Source: Squalus acanthias
Taxonomy: Eukaryota
Direction: 5' to 3'
Assembly (NCBI GenBank): GCA_030390025.1
Contig: CM059425.1
Span: 170,688,001 to 170,752,000 of the forward strand
DNA: 64,000 nt
Part shown: positions 12,247 to 25,669 of the stretch, piece after piece
Layout of the letters: every line of letters begins with the position of its first letter
Numbering within the stretch: the first letter of the stretch is position 1
Notes under the pieces: model-generated
What the model was told of the DNA's origin: nothing
The model's database searches: none
What the model saw: only the letters and a program-made list of their open reading frames with translations
Position numbers and translations under genes: made by a program

Positions 12247-13185
12247 TGGGGGTTTTTTTCAGAAGGGGTCTATTTTGAAAATGAACCAGTGGGCTGGCAC
12301 TGGGATTACCCAATGCCACCAGGACAAAACATCACTACAAGTGTCCTCCTCAAGAGGAGGGCATCACTGAGATTAATGGTCCACTCAAACTATGTTGTAT
12401 ACAAAATAAAAATAAAATTAAATCATAATCTGATTCCTATCATTGATGATACAGTTCATGTACTGCGTTACCACCAGTCTCTCTCCAGGGTCACCCGGGA
12501 ATGCACAAGGCCGCTGAAGAGAGGCAACCAGTGGGAACAATCCTCCCCTCGGATCTTACATATCCTGGATTCGTGAATGGTTTTAACCAGGCCCAGGAAC
12601 TAGCACACAAGGAGGTTCTCCAATCTAAAGTTCATCATAGTTCTTTACTGTTTGATTTCTAAACAATGAATTGCCCTTCTCTAAATTATCAACCATCCAT
12701 CAATGTCTAATTATTAGTTGTTCAGCAACCTGCCTGGCTTCCTAGTGATTCCAAAGCTGCAGTTAATGTTCTCAGAGTAGAAATACCTTCTGATGTGCTG
12801 AATGATGTCTATTGTTGCTGATGCAACAAAAAATAAAATTTTAAACCAGAAAAATATGTTTCAATCTTGTAGCACAGCCATTCAACTCATCATTAAAGAT
12901 CATTGTTCACAATACATCGAAACAAAGAAAATTCATGTTCAAAATTAAATGCTTTTTCTCCATTGCTTTATTGAACATTTCCTTCCTGAAGTTACTGATT
13001 CTATTCTCTCAATGATGATGATGATTAATAGGTGATGCTTTTCACCAGTAGGTGAAGTCTGTCTTGGTGCTGTATACTCAGTATTTATTGGTGCTGCAGT
13101 AGCTACATTTCAAATTAGGGTTCTAATAATTCTGTTACTGTCCATACAGTTTATAATTGATCATTCTTTTCCAGATTTTTTTTTT

Positions 13186-15200
13186 ATTAGTTCCTGGGAT
13201 GTGGGCATTGCTGGCAAGGCCAGCATTTATTGCCCATCCCTAATTGCCCTTGAGAAGGTGGTGGTGAGCCGCCTTCTTGAACCGCTGCAGTCCGTGTGGT
13301 GAAGGTACTCCCACAGTGCTGTTATGGAGGGAGTTCCAGGATTTTGGCCCAGCGACGATGAAGGAACGGCGGTATATTTGATGGGGAACTTGGAGATGAT
13401 GGTGTTCCCATGTGCCTGCTGCCCTTGTCCTTCTAGGGAGTAGAGGTCTCGGGTTGGGGAGGCACTGTTGAAGAAGCCTTGGCGAGTTGCTGCAGTGCAT
13501 CTTGTAGATGGTACACACTGCAGCCATGGTGCGCCAGTGGTGGAGGGAGTGAATTTTTAAAGTGGTGGATGGAGTGCCAATCAAGCGGACTGCTTTGTCC
13601 TGGATGGTGTCGAGCTTCTTAAGTGTTGTTGGAGATGCACTCATCCAGGCAAGTGGAGAGTATTCCATCACACTCCTGACTTGTGCCTTGTAGATGGTGG
13701 AAAGGCTTTGGGAAGAAAGGAGGTGAGACACTTGCCGCAGAATACCCAGCCTCTGACCTGCTCTTGTAGCCACAGTATTTATGTGGCTGGTCCAGTTAAT
13801 GGTGGCCCACAGGATGTTGATGGTGGGTGATTCGGCGATGGTAATGCCGTTGAATGTCAAAGGGCGGTGGTTAGACTCTCACTTGTTGGGGATAGTCATT
13901 GCCTGTCACTTGCGTGGCACGAATGTTGCCTGCCACTTATCAGCCCAAGCCTTAATGTCATCCAGGTCATGCTGCATGTGGGCATGGACTGCTTCATTAT
14001 CTGAGGAGTTGCGCATGGAACTGAACACTGCAATCATCAGCAAACATCCCCACTTCTGACCTTATGATGGAGTGAAGGTCATTGATGATGCAGCTGAAGA
14101 TGGTTGGGCCTAGGACACTGCCCTGAGGAACTCCTACAGTGTTGTCCTGGGGCTGAGATGATTGGCCTCCAACAACCACGACCGTCTTCCTTTGTGCTAG
14201 GTATGACTCCAGCCAGTGGAGAGTTTTCCCCCTGATTCCCATTGACTTCAATTTTATTAGGGCTCCTTGATGCCACACTCGGTCAAGGGCAGTCATTCTC
14301 ATCTCACCTCTGGAATTCAGCTCTTTTGTCCATGTTTGGACCAAGGCTGTAATGAGGTCTGGAGCCGAGTAGTCCTGGCGGAAGCCAAACTAAGCATCGG
14401 TGAGCAGGTTATTGGTGAGTAAGTGCCACTTGGTAGCACTGTCAACGACACTTTTCATCACTTTGCTGATGATTGAGAGTAGAGTGAGGGGCGGTAATTG
14501 GTCAGATTGGACTTGTCCTGCTTTTTGTGGACGGGACATACCTGGGCAGTTTTCCACATTGTCGGGTAGATGCCAGTGTTGTAGCTGTATTGGAACAGCT
14601 TGGCTAGAGGCACGGCTAGTTCTGGAGCACAAGTCTTCAGCACGACAGCCGGGATGTTGTCGGGACCCATAGCCTTTGCTGTATCCAGTGCGCTCAGCCG
14701 TTTCTTGATATCATGTGGAGTGAATTGAATTGGCTGAAGACTGGCTTCTGTGATGGTGAGGACCTCAGGAGGAAGCCGATATGGATCATCCACTCGGTAC
14801 TTCTGGCTGAAGATGGTTGCAAACGCTTCAGCCTTGTCTTTTGCACTTGCGTGATGGGCTCTGCCATCATTGAGAATGGGGATGTTCATGGAGCCTCCTC
14901 TTCCCATTAGTTGTTTAATTGTCCACCACCATTCACGACTGGATGTGGCAGAACTGCAGAGCATTGATCTGATCTGTTGGTTGTGGGGTCGCTTAGCTCT
15001 GTCTATAGGATGTTGCTTTCGCTGTTTAGCGTGCATGTAGTCCTGTGTTGCAGCTTCCCCAGGTTGGCACCTCATTTTTAGGTACACCTGGTGCTGCTCC
15101 TGGCATGCTCTTCTACACTCCTTATTGAACCATGGTTGGTCCCCTGGCTTGATGGTAATGGTAGAGTGAGGGATATGCCAGGCTATGGGGTTACAGATTA
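13186..15200 (-). mobile_element. 5'-truncated CR1-clade LINE with frameshifted ORF2
   Basis: Minus ORFs 14458-15087 (KAMGPDNIP...NYRP), 13997-14344 (GVPQGSVLGP, MFADD) and 13240-13860. Same subfamily as 7130-10190. Confidence 0.92.
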
Positions 15201-16079
15201 TAAAGCTCTTATTTTTGTTTTTTTATAACTTTGATCAACTTTTGTACAGAATATCTATCTGAATGGACTAGATGTTTTAATGAGTTAGTCCATCAACCTT
15301 TCACCTCTGATTGGGTTAAAATCTTTGCTTTTCGCTGCCTGTAATAACCTTGCATCAAATAAATTTGGTTAGTCTCCATCTGGTTCACAGTGAATATGGG
15401 CCCACAGCACGAAACTGCTGATAATTCAGCACAAGTTGGCACTAAATTGGATAATCCCACTGTAAACTGATACCCTCTCCTACTTTCAAAAATATGCCCA
15501 CATCCATCCATCAATGCCTACTTCACCTTTATTAGCACAAAAATTCACCAAATTAAAAAGAATGTCTATCTATATAGATTGATTGATACTTTTAGCAAAT
15601 ACACAGCTAAAATACCAGAATTGACATGTTAAAATTGTTGATGTGTTTCTATGTCTTCGGATGTAAGTTTGTAAAAAAATGGAAACTTTTGATGAAAAGT
15701 TGGTCAACATCCTGTGCACACAGGAGCTGCTGGACATAAAGGAAATCTAGAGTTTCTCTGGCTCTTTTACTCTCTATATTCTGGAAATGGTATTTTTCAG
15801 AATGAAACACATCACTCCCAGTGCCTCGCCTGCTGGGAGAGCATATCAGATAATCATGTATGCGCAGCACATGATTTTCCATCCATTACAATTGTGGCTG
15901 AAAAATCAGGGACTGCACATGCAGAATTTCCCGAAATGCACTTGTGGTGGGTGAGGATCCTCAGAAGGCTCAATCAGAAAATTTGCTCAATTGAGAGAAG
16001 TCTCCAGTTTATATTTCAGATCAAAGGCTCCCTGGAGATATTGTTTCATGGACTGACTTACTAAGCATCTATAGCCTGA

Positions 16080-16415
16080 CAACATAGAACAAAACCGTTT
16101 GGCTCATCATGCCTGTGACGGCTCTTTGACTGAGCAAACCACTTAGACCCGTTACTTGCATTTCCCCGTAGCCTTTTTAATTTTTCTCTTTCAAGTAATG
16201 ATCCATTTTCCTTTTTAAAGCTATTCTAAATCTGCTTCCACTACTGTTTCTGGCAGAACGGCTCCTATTCTGACAATCATCTGTATATAAAAAATTCTCC
16301 TAATCTGTCCCTTTATTGTTTTAATGATGGTTTAAATTTATGCCTTCGGTTACAGACTCAATGACCAGTAGAAATAATTTTCTCCATTTACCTTATCAAA
16401 ACCCCCCATAATTTT
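16080..16415 (-). mobile_element. Old, decayed CR1 3' fragment
   Basis: Residual colinearity with CR1 C-terminal sequence (aaattctcctaatctg, ttaaatttatgcc, ttatcaaaaccccccataatttt). Confidence 0.55.
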
Positions 16416-17230
16416 GGTACGAGCAAGTGTATGATAATTTGAGGCAAATGATGGGAATATATCATATAACGTATTACCCGTCATTTGTGCCTTAGCAACA
16501 AAAGAAATGCTGATACAATTTTGGTGTTCAGGGTTGCTATGGACCGTGTGGTGGGGAGGAGTTTAATTTTGAAAAGCCTGGTTTGTGTTAGGGAAAGCAA
16601 CTGTCTTGAAATAGAAGCTAAAAAGAAACATTTTATTCTTCAGCAGGTGCCATAGCAATTTCCTCTCAGCACCCCACCCCCCACCTGAGGTGGGCAACCC
16701 TACAATAATGTAAATGACCTTTGTGCCCAGCCAAATTTTGTTAATGATCCTGGCACCTGGAAATCAACCAGGACCAGGATTGTATGTCTGGGGAGGGCAG
16801 CTGTCCTGCCCAGTGAAGAGGCATTGCCATTGCGGCAAATCAGAAAATTTGTATCCTGTGTCTTTAACCATCAGTACATTCAGGAGCTACTTGTACACAT
16901 CTTTTACACAAATAATTCCACTTGACACAGTCCTAAGGTCTCATGACAACAATCACTACATAGTAACCAGTAGACTTATTAATATAACAAAATATATCAA
17001 AGTATAACAGACAACAAGGGTCTCTCTGTTCAGTCAACAATTACAAACATATAAATATATTTAAAAATTATCTTTTAACTCAGCAAAACTCTGCACTTGA
17101 ACTAACTGCATAAACAGAAATTACAGAATTTCCTGTTAACTGATTTTTTGACACCCTTTCAAATTTAACAAAAATAAGGCCAGCAATGTCCACATGCCTT
17201 ATCCCACCCTTGACATGTTTCAAATATCAT

Positions 17231-17974
17231 GGCCCAAAAATTCATGAGTGAGCCTTCGTGCGAGGGTAAGGCCTCCCCGCGATCTCTCACTGCGCGCTGG
17301 CTTTTTCAGTTCTAGCTCGCACGAACTTGATGTTCTGGACAGCAGCTGTGCAGGGCTTTCGTATCCCACAGGCGTAGTTAATTCGTGTGAGCTGTGGGAT
17401 CACGTGACTCAGTTAGAGCCAATGGCAGCACACCATCTTTCATTCATAGCTTTCACAGCACGGCTGTGAAAGCTATGAATACTATACCCCCCCAAAAGAA
17501 CAGCTAAACCTCAATTAAATTAAAAAAAAATCCCATCACATTAATAAAATAAGTATAGTTAAATAAATTAACCATTTTAAACAAAAAATTAAATTTTTGA
17601 AAAAATTTAAAATCTTTTAAAAAGTTATAAAAATAAACTTACCTGTCTTTAAAGTCTCTAAAAAAGATATACCTGTTAAAAAAAATTCAAAATAATACTT
17701 AATTAAGTACTTACCTTGTTAAAAGAGGGTCTTACACCTCCTTTCTTTATGTCTAAAATCTTCCATGCTTACCTGCGCGTCCAAAGCACTAAGTGCACTG
17801 CATGCGCGCAGCCTGTAGCGCGCACGCGGTTCACCTAGGAACCGCCCCCTTTTGAATTCACCAAGTGCCAGTTTTCAGCGCATGCGCAGTGCATGCAGAA
17901 AACCGGCAATTGGAGACAGAATACGCGAGAGTACACAGTGCGTACTCTCGCGTAGCGGCACTAATTTTTGGGCC
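17231..17974. mobile_element. Harbinger-type MITE
   Basis: Perfect 12-bp TIR GGCCCAAAAATT / AATTTTTGGGCC with CAT / CAC flanks; CpG-rich arms and AT-rich core. Confidence 0.8.
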
Positions 17975-18460
17975 CACATCATATCTCTCTGTTCTACAGA
18001 TATTCCTTTCCTTTGTTCTAGAAATCTGATTATGTGTCTCCCCCCTCGGTTCTACAAACCCGGTCATATCCCTCCCTCTCCCATGTCCTGCAAGACTCAT
18101 CATATCTCTCCCCATGTTCTAGAAACCTGATCACATCTCGCACTCCATGTTACAAATAATGGCTGCACTTCATAATCAGTTTTTATAAACTTTTTCTACT
18201 TACTCCACATGCTACAAACTTGATTCCGTGCCTCCTGGTTTCTACAAACCAGTCCCTAGTTCTCCCCTATTATCTATAATCCTGATTATGCCCAATGTTC
18301 CACAAACTTGGCCAAGCTCCTTCCCATAATCTATTAAATTCACTGTGGCTTCCCTCCAGTGTCTACAAACTTGGCCACATTTCTCTCACATATTCTACAA
18401 ATCAGCTGCTGCCTCACTTGTTCCTACAAAATGTCTATCCCACACTTTCTACAACCAGAC
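17975..18460. repeat. Degenerate minisatellite (~30-35-bp units)
   Basis: Recurring ccatgttct(a/g)caaac(c/t)tg...cat-like motif, e.g. ttctagaaatctgat, ttctacaaacccggt, gctacaaacttgat, gtctacaaacttggcc. Confidence 0.5.
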
Positions 18461-18558
18461 CCACCCACCAAAAAAAACTTTCTTTAACCTGGATACACCC
18501 ATCCTATGTTTTTCATGAATCCGACGACAAGCTCCGCCCCCTCCACTAAAAGAAACCA

Positions 18559-18859
18559 ATCACAGAATCCCCACAGTGCAGATAGAGGCCATTTCGGCCC
18601 ATCGAGCCTGCACCGACACATATCCCACCCTATCCCCGTAACCCCACGTGTTTTTAATCCCCCCTAACACTAAGGGTCAATTTATCATAGCCAAAACAAC
18701 CTAACCCGCACATCTTTGGACTGTGGGAGGAAACCCGAGCACCCAGAGGAAACCCACGCAGACAATGTGCAAACTCCACACAGACAGTCACCCGAGGCCG
18801 GATTCGAATCCGGGTCCCTGGCGCTGTGAGGCAACAGTGCTAACCACTATGCCACCGTG
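18559..18859 (-). mobile_element. HE1-type V-SINE, near full length
   Basis: Minus strand: tRNA-like head cacggtggcatagtggttagcactgttgcctcacagcgccagggacccggattcgaatcc, then V-domain ctgcgtgggtttcctctgggtgct, then a LINE-type 3' tail. Confidence 0.88.
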
Positions 18860-19570
18860 TTGCACTGGGAGTGCACAACCAGAATATTTACTCGACTATC
18901 TTTACTTCCGAATTCTGTGGACTAGGTCAGTTGCAGCATTTACACACAACCTTGCATTATGCAGGTCCATGGAATGCTTTCATCCAAAGTTTCTGCACTT
19001 ATCACACTATATAAGAAATACATTCAGAAAATAATATTTAACCTCTTGTGCATCGATATTACATTTATCGTTTTAAGTATTGCACTTGCTGGCCGAGAAA
19101 TTCGGCACATTAACGCCTGCTGAGAAGGCTGTCTTCAGTGAAAAAATGGTGGCCGCCTCGCTTCCGCCCACTTCCAGCAGGTACCGCGGTGGCCACCATT
19201 TTGGGCAGGTCGGCAGCGCTGCCGTTGCCTGCGCTCGCTGGAGAATAGTAATGAGTGAGCAATGCTGATTTGACGCAGGACCTGCCATTTTGGATGTCGC
19301 CGCTCCATTCATGCCCTCTCCAAATCACGACCAGCTGAACATCCGTTCAGCAGCAGGAAGGACCCCCCCACCTGTGCGACTTAAAGGGATCAGCAACAAC
19401 TTGCTGGTGACTTGCTTTTTGATTTCTACTGGCTCTGTGTAAGTTTGTGCAACTGTTTGGAGCTTTCTACAGTTATTTAAAGTTGGTGAGGTGACAGGGA
19501 GTGTTGCTGCAAGTGGAGAAGGCCTTGCTTCTGATTTTAAGGGTTCTGCTCACAATACTTGCTCCCAGTC

Positions 19571-20724
19571 ATGGGGGCTCTGCTTGCAGTCCTCCTCGCA
19601 CTCGAGTATGACAGGGAGATGGAGCGGAGGCAGCCAAGAATAGGACAAGCTGCTCACAGAGGGAGGTGGAGGAGGGGCAGGAGGGCTCTAAGCAGGAGGC
19701 CTTACCCACCTAGGGTCTTCCGAGAGCACATCTCCTACCTGCACTTAAGCCGGGAGAAGAGTATTAGGAGGTGGTCACAAAACTCTGCCACCTCCTGGAA
19801 CCAGATCTGCAGCCTCAGAGCAGGGTGACATTGGCGCTGCCAGTGGCCCTCAAGGTCACCATGGCCCTCAATTTTTTCGCCACCAGATCTTTCCAGTCTA
19901 GAGAAGGAGACATAACTAACATCTCCCAGTTCACCATCCATCGCTGCATCCGGGAGGTCACAGAGGCTGTGTACTCCAGGAGAAGGGACTTCATTGTCTT
20001 CTCTCTGAACAGAGAGAAGCAAGAGGAGCGTGCATGTGGCTTTGCCAAGATATCGGGCTTCCGCATGGAGCAGGGCGCCATCGACTGCGCACACGTGGCT
20101 TGGCGGGCGCCACATATCAATCCTGAGATGTTCTGTAACCGCAAAGGGTACCACTCACTTAATGCACTGTTGGTGTGCGACCACGCACAGCACATCATGA
20201 TAGTGAATGCCCGATATCCTGGCAGCAGTCATGATGTGCCAGCAATCTTCAAGCCACCACGTCAAACCCGAGGGTGGCTGTTCAGAGACAAGGGCTATCC
20301 GCTCTACACCTGGCTCATGACTCCCCTCCACAACCCCACCACTCATGGCCAACACTCATATAATGAGAGCCATGCTGCCACGAGGAATCTCATTGAACAG
20401 ACCATTGGGGTGCTGAAGCAATGGTTCCGCTTCCTTGACCGCTCGGGAGGAGCCCTCCAGTACACGGGTGTCCCATTTCGTGGTGGTCTGCTGCATCCTC
20501 CACAAATTGGCCATTATGAGGGTGTAGCCCTTGCCACCACAGGTTCTGGGACCACCTCAGGCGGAGGAAGAGGAAAAGGAAGAGGAGGGGAGGAGGAGGA
20601 GGAGGAAGAGGAAGAGGAAGAGGAAGAGGAGGAGGAGGAAGAGGAAGAAGGGAGGAGGCAGGCAGCACATCCCCATTCCGGACAGGCTGTCCGTGAGCAA
20701 CTCATCAGACTCCGGTTCCAATGA
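19571..20724 (+). pseudogene. Harbinger (HARBI1-like) DDE transposase, disrupted
   Basis: RPYPPRVFREH, ALPVALKVTMALNFFAT, GAIDCAHV, NRKGYHSLN, YPGSSHD, DKGYPL, HAATRNLIEQTIGVLK. Frameshift near 19770, apparent deletion after SHD, and a frameshift near 20465 (CCILH motif is in another frame). Confidence 0.92.
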
Positions 20725-20894
20725 ATGAAAACCCAGATCCCTGTTGCTCACCACTTCCCGATCATACCATCCCTCTCTCACGGAACATCACAGCGTCCTC
20801 CCGGGCACAAAGCTGAAATGAGAGCCACCACAAAACAAACATTCCAAACAAAATTTATAAATTTATCAATTCCAATACTACACAATAACGTCAA

Positions 20895-22419
20895 CTAATC
20901 ACCCTTGTGCATTCCCATAGAGTCTGTCTTTTGTATTTCTTTTCCTACTGTAGTGCTCCTGTGCAGTGCTACCCCAGTGGCTGCAGTATGGCTGGTGTAA
21001 GGCTGCTGACTTTCAGTGAGGGAGACTGCAGATGGCCTTGCAGGACGACCTCGAGCAGCTCTGGGCCTAGAAGGCCCGGCTGTAGACTGCACCATCTCGG
21101 CATGGGCAGCAGCAGTCCGGGCTGGCTGGATGACAAGCAGTGACAAGGGCAATGGCGGAGTGGCAGTGCTGGGAGCAGGAATACTGTCATCCTGATAGAG
21201 GACTGCTGGTTCTTGCTCCACAGAGCCACTGCCACTCTCCTGGTGTGGTGCCTTAGCATTCCTAGCAATCTGTTGGAGGACACCACCCCATTGAGGTCAT
21301 CATCTGAGTCCTGTTCAGCAGAACCCATGCGCAAACTCGCCCTCCAGGTAGCTGGCACTGGAGCTACCTTTTCACCTTGGCCTGACTCCAGCCCACTCAT
21401 GCCCGGTGACTCTCCACGTGCAGATCCCACCTCTATACCACCCTCTAAAGTCCGCGCACTGCCATTTTCTGAGCTAGTGCCTGAGAGTGTCAGATCAAGT
21501 GATGGTGCCTCTTCTTCTCCTTCACTCTCCTCCTCCATAACTTCGGGGACAGGCTGGGCTGATGGGACTTCTTGGGTATCTGAAAGGAGAAAGGCACAAG
21601 GATTGGGTTGTGGTGAGTGGAGGTGGGGAGCAAGATATGCAAGCTTACACCATCAGCAGCTTGTAAGTGAGAAGAGATTGTGGGATGAGGGGGAAGTGGG
21701 ATGTGAGAAGAAGAATTAGGTATGAGCGTACTGTCATCATCAGCAATGCTTTCAACCTCGCCGCTTGCCACGGCCTCAGTGACGGCCTCTCCAATTATCT
21801 CCACCACTGTGTCCTCCAGTTCCACGAGGTTGTAAAGTCGGACTTCCCCTCCACCCATCTGCTGCTGCCATCGGCGGTTATGAGCCATCTTTGCCTGCAA
21901 GAGAAAGGGAAGTGTGCCAGTGAGTGTGGTGCAATGTGTTTGTGTGATGTGCCTACCATGGTTGAACAGCTGGCAGTGTGTACAAGGTGTGATATGTGGG
22001 TGTGAGTCTTGCAGCAGTGGTAAGTGTTTGAGGGTGAGGTGAAGCTATGATTGTGAGGTATGGGTGGTGATTGCTAGAGATTGTTGGTAGGTGAGTGATG
22101 GGGGTGTGGTGCCTTGAGCAGTGTGTGAGGCTAGTGGTGCAGTTAGTGGGATATGGCATTTGAAGATGCATTCACTCACCTTGACCACTCATGTGAGGCC
22201 ATTAAACTTCTCACAGCACTGGATCTAGGTCCTGGGGACAACACTCGTGGCACTGACAGCTTGAGCTATTTCCTCCTACAGCCTCCTGGCATGCTGCCTG
22301 GAAGGCCTCCTGCGCCCCTGCGGGCAGAGGACCTCACGTCGTCTGTGAACCCCCAGGACCAAAACCTCCAGTGCCGCATAAGAAAACATCCTGACCCTCT
22401 CTCTTCCCTGTTGGGCCAT
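20895..22419 (-). pseudogene. Harbinger Myb/SANT-like DNA-binding gene, three exons (22419-22180, 21894-21732, 21579-20895)
   Basis: Exon 1 MAQQGRERVRMFSYAALEVLV...QCCEKFNGL.VVK has 3 in-frame stops (two TAG at expected Trp positions). GT-AG introns with matching phases (0 then 1). Acidic, Pro/Ser-rich exon 3 has one frame break and ends GMHKGD*. Confidence 0.85.
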
Positions 22420-24825
22420 GACTTCATCCAGACTGACAATGAGATGCTTCTGCAACAAAGCACCTCCCCTTTAAGTAGTGGAGAGAGCCTAGGCCAAATT
22501 CTATTGGCCAGTAGACTGCACCCGATATTGACACCCCTGTTCAGCACTAAGCCAATCAGCAGCTTGTTTAGCGCTGAGATCAGCGCTCCAATTATTATAA
22601 TGAGCAGGCAGCATTGTTTGTGCAGCCTGCACCACTTTGAACGGGCACATCGTGCTTTGCACTCCCCGCGCCCGTTTTTAGGCTTTAGCCAATTTCACCC
22701 CCGCTATGTTTTATTAATTCTGTGTATTATTCTAATTGTAAATAAACGTACCTATTAGTTTTAACCTATATACTTTGGTCTATTGATGTGAGATTTACTG
22801 CCTTTTTGAGAAGCCAGGTGAATGTATCATGGCCAGTATCACAATGAAATGGTCATTGCTAATCCTAGATATACTGGGGTCCATTTTGTCCTCCCAGCGG
22901 GAAGCCAGCAGGAGGTGGGTGGGCAGAGTGAGAGCAACAGTGGCCCGCTGGAGTCGTGTGGACCTGTCCCAGTTTACAGGTCATCCCTCATTTGCATAGT
23001 TAAGGTGAGCTGCCATCATAAAAAGTGCCTCCCTAGGCAGCTCGTCAATTAGGAGGCAGGAAAATCGGGCATTACTGCAGCTTAAAGGAAAGGTCCCTTT
23101 TTGTGGCTAAAACAAGGAAGCAACACCATGGTGTTGTAGGAAGGTGTCTGGGGGCAAGAATAATTTCATCAGGGTCCCGAGGTTAGTCTGATACAGCTGT
23201 GGAGATGCTGGGGGATCAAAGTCACGATTGAAAAGAAGTTTCTTCCCAAGAGATGACTGATGGATACCAAGGTACATTGATGAACAGGCATGGTGAGAAA
23301 TGGCACAACATGTAAATCCAATCAGCATTATGTCAAGTGCCAAAAGAAATGTAATGATTTCACCAGGAGTGCTAAGCTAAGACTCCCCTTCACATCTCTT
23401 ATATTTCCTGCACAGTACTGTAGGTCCTACCTTTGGCTCAGCACTATCAATCCTTCCTTCCCTGCTTGCAGTGGCTGTCCACATATCATCAGGGAAGACT
23501 TCACTGTACTTCCTGTCTGCTTGCCCTCACCATCAAAAGTTGCTACTGCCCTCACAACTACTTCGCCCTCTTGGCCTCACTTGCTGCCTCTTTCTTTCAT
23601 CATCCACACTATGGTAAACATGTTGAAAATCCTTGCCCATGGCACATATTAACCCACTTCAAAGCTTGTTGTAGTAGAAGCTGGCACCCAACAGGAGGAA
23701 GACAACTAGCACAGGAGGAGGCCCTGCCACTCTGAAAATATTGGCATCCAGAGAGGAGTCCATCTACTTAACACTTTCAGTCACACTCTCACATAGTCAC
23801 ACACTGAGCATGACAACCTAATGTTGCATTGCACTGCCACTTATCTGATAGTACTTAACCTCAAAACTACATCCTAACCCTTTTCCTTCTCCCCTTTTTC
23901 TTGGTCAATCAGAAGACTCGAACACTACTGCCACACAAACTGGTGATGAAAACCCCGATGACAATACAACATCTCTTGCTTTTACCCTAACACCAGTTCA
24001 GAAATCGGCATCCTGCATGACTTAGACAGTGAGTTAGAGGAGACTCCATTGGGCGATTCACCAAACACAAGTGAGCATGATTAGGTGAAGATGGCAAGGA
24101 AGAGCAAGGGAAGAGCTAACTGGAGGATCTGTTCATGTCCTAGCTCTGCTGAAAAGGACATAAATACAGAGTTCAAGGGCTCAGCATTTAAAGGAAAGAT
24201 GATTTATGAGCACCAACAGTTGTCCAGAGCATATCAGATAGTCTGGTGGGCCGGAATTTTCCGAAGGGTCAGCAGGCGGGATCGGTGGGGTGTCGGGTGG
24301 GAATGTGGGTTTTTTTGACAGCGGGTCGGGACCCCACTGTCAACCTGCCGCCACGCACCTTTCCCAATGTCAGGTCTGTCAGCGCTGAGCAGACCCGACA
24401 CGCAGTGGCGGGGGACCCAATTAAACTGATTATTGCCTTGTTGACAGATCATTAATAATACATTTAACCTTACCTTTTCTCTTTAACTGCTGGCCAACGG
24501 GATCCACGCTGCTCAGGGATCATATCTGTTAAGCTGAGGCGGGAGTTGAATGGCCATTGAATGAGCTGATTGCTTAACAGCTTGAAAGCTCCCATCACAC
24601 AGCTATTCACTTTCCAAGCTCAGAAGCTGTTGCTTACTGCATTTGGAAGACAGATTGAGCTTTATGCAGGCTGCAAGTGTTTGGAGCCAACTCTCTATCC
24701 AGTGTCACCTCATTGGAACAACCTCTCTCACCATTGACAGATCGCTTCTGTCATCTCAACTTCACCTGCCATCTATTACACCAGCATCGGTACCGTTTAT
24801 ACTGTTTCACCTTGGCCCTCACAAT

Positions 24826-25669
24826 GGGCTCGAATTTCCAAGCCCCGTGGAGGTGGGTTTGGAGGCAGGAGTGGTGGGAAAATTGCAGATTTGGGGGGCA
24901 CGTACCCATCCCGCCCCCAACCTGCCTCCATGCCAATGTCCCAGGAGGCAGGTACCCGACCTGTGCTGGGAGCCGCCTCCCCGAGGTGGGAAGGGGATTA
25001 GTGCCAATTAACTGCCTGTTAACAGGTAGTTAACAGGCAGTTTTTTGGCTAATCCCTATTTTTAGCCCTGAAGTGTGGGCTGCCCGATGGCTCCAAACCA
25101 CGCCAAGTTAGCGAGGCGGACCGTCGGTCTGCAGGGCTTGGAGGGGTCGAGATGTCCAGTGTATAGGTGAGTGATGGGTGCATGGGTGCAGAGGTAAGTG
25201 TGTTTGGTGTGTGTAAAGTGTTTTAATAAGTTTTACGTACCTTTACTTTCTCCTCCAGGCTTCCTCCCTTCAGTTCTCAGGAGTCCCTCAGCTCACCGGC
25301 ACAGAAAGCAGAATGGCTGCTGAGCTGTCAAAAGCTGCAGCCTTTGCTTTCTGGTCTGGAGAGCTCTCTAACTGAGTCTGAGTAGAAGGACTCAAGTTAC
25401 AAGACAGATTGTCAGTGTTTGACAGCTTCACAGAACTGTCAAACGCTAATATTTCATCTGTCAAAAGCTCTTGACAGATGAAATGTCAATCGCTGACGTC
25501 ACCAGTATCCAGGTGCCCCTTAATTGGCTTGCTGAGCCCGCTGGGTGGGCTTAACAAGGTCAATCAAGGAAAAGTAGTGTGGGTTGGCCACAAGTCGATG
25601 GAGGCGGAACTACAACCCAAAATCTGGGAGTCCCGCCTCCATCACGTCCCCATTGACAAAATCGAGCCC
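24826..25669. mobile_element. Harbinger-type MITE nested in 24249-27819
   Basis: TIRs GGGCTCGAATTT / AAAATCGAGCCC (11/12) with AAT on both flanks. Confidence 0.85.

Larger units (their letters stand above)
19091..22702 (+). mobile_element. PIF/Harbinger DNA transposon, near-complete two-gene copy
   Basis: Termini GGCCGAGAAATT / AATTTCACCCCC (9/12) with GCT on both flanks; transposase on + and Myb/SANT-like gene on -, convergent. Confidence 0.9.

Noticed and set aside
12338..12363. Short hairpin tgtcctcctc-aa-gaggagggca
   Set aside because: Ten-bp imperfect stem with a 2-nt loop; expected by chance in 64 kb.
18790..18859. tRNA-like sequence (also ~5475-5560, ~10960-11030, ~50230-50295)
   Set aside because: These are SINE heads continuous with SINE bodies; no complete cloverleaf.
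19571..20724. Host HARBI1 gene
   Set aside because: Frameshifted, bounded by TIRs and a TSD, and paired with a disrupted Myb-like gene; it is a transposon copy.
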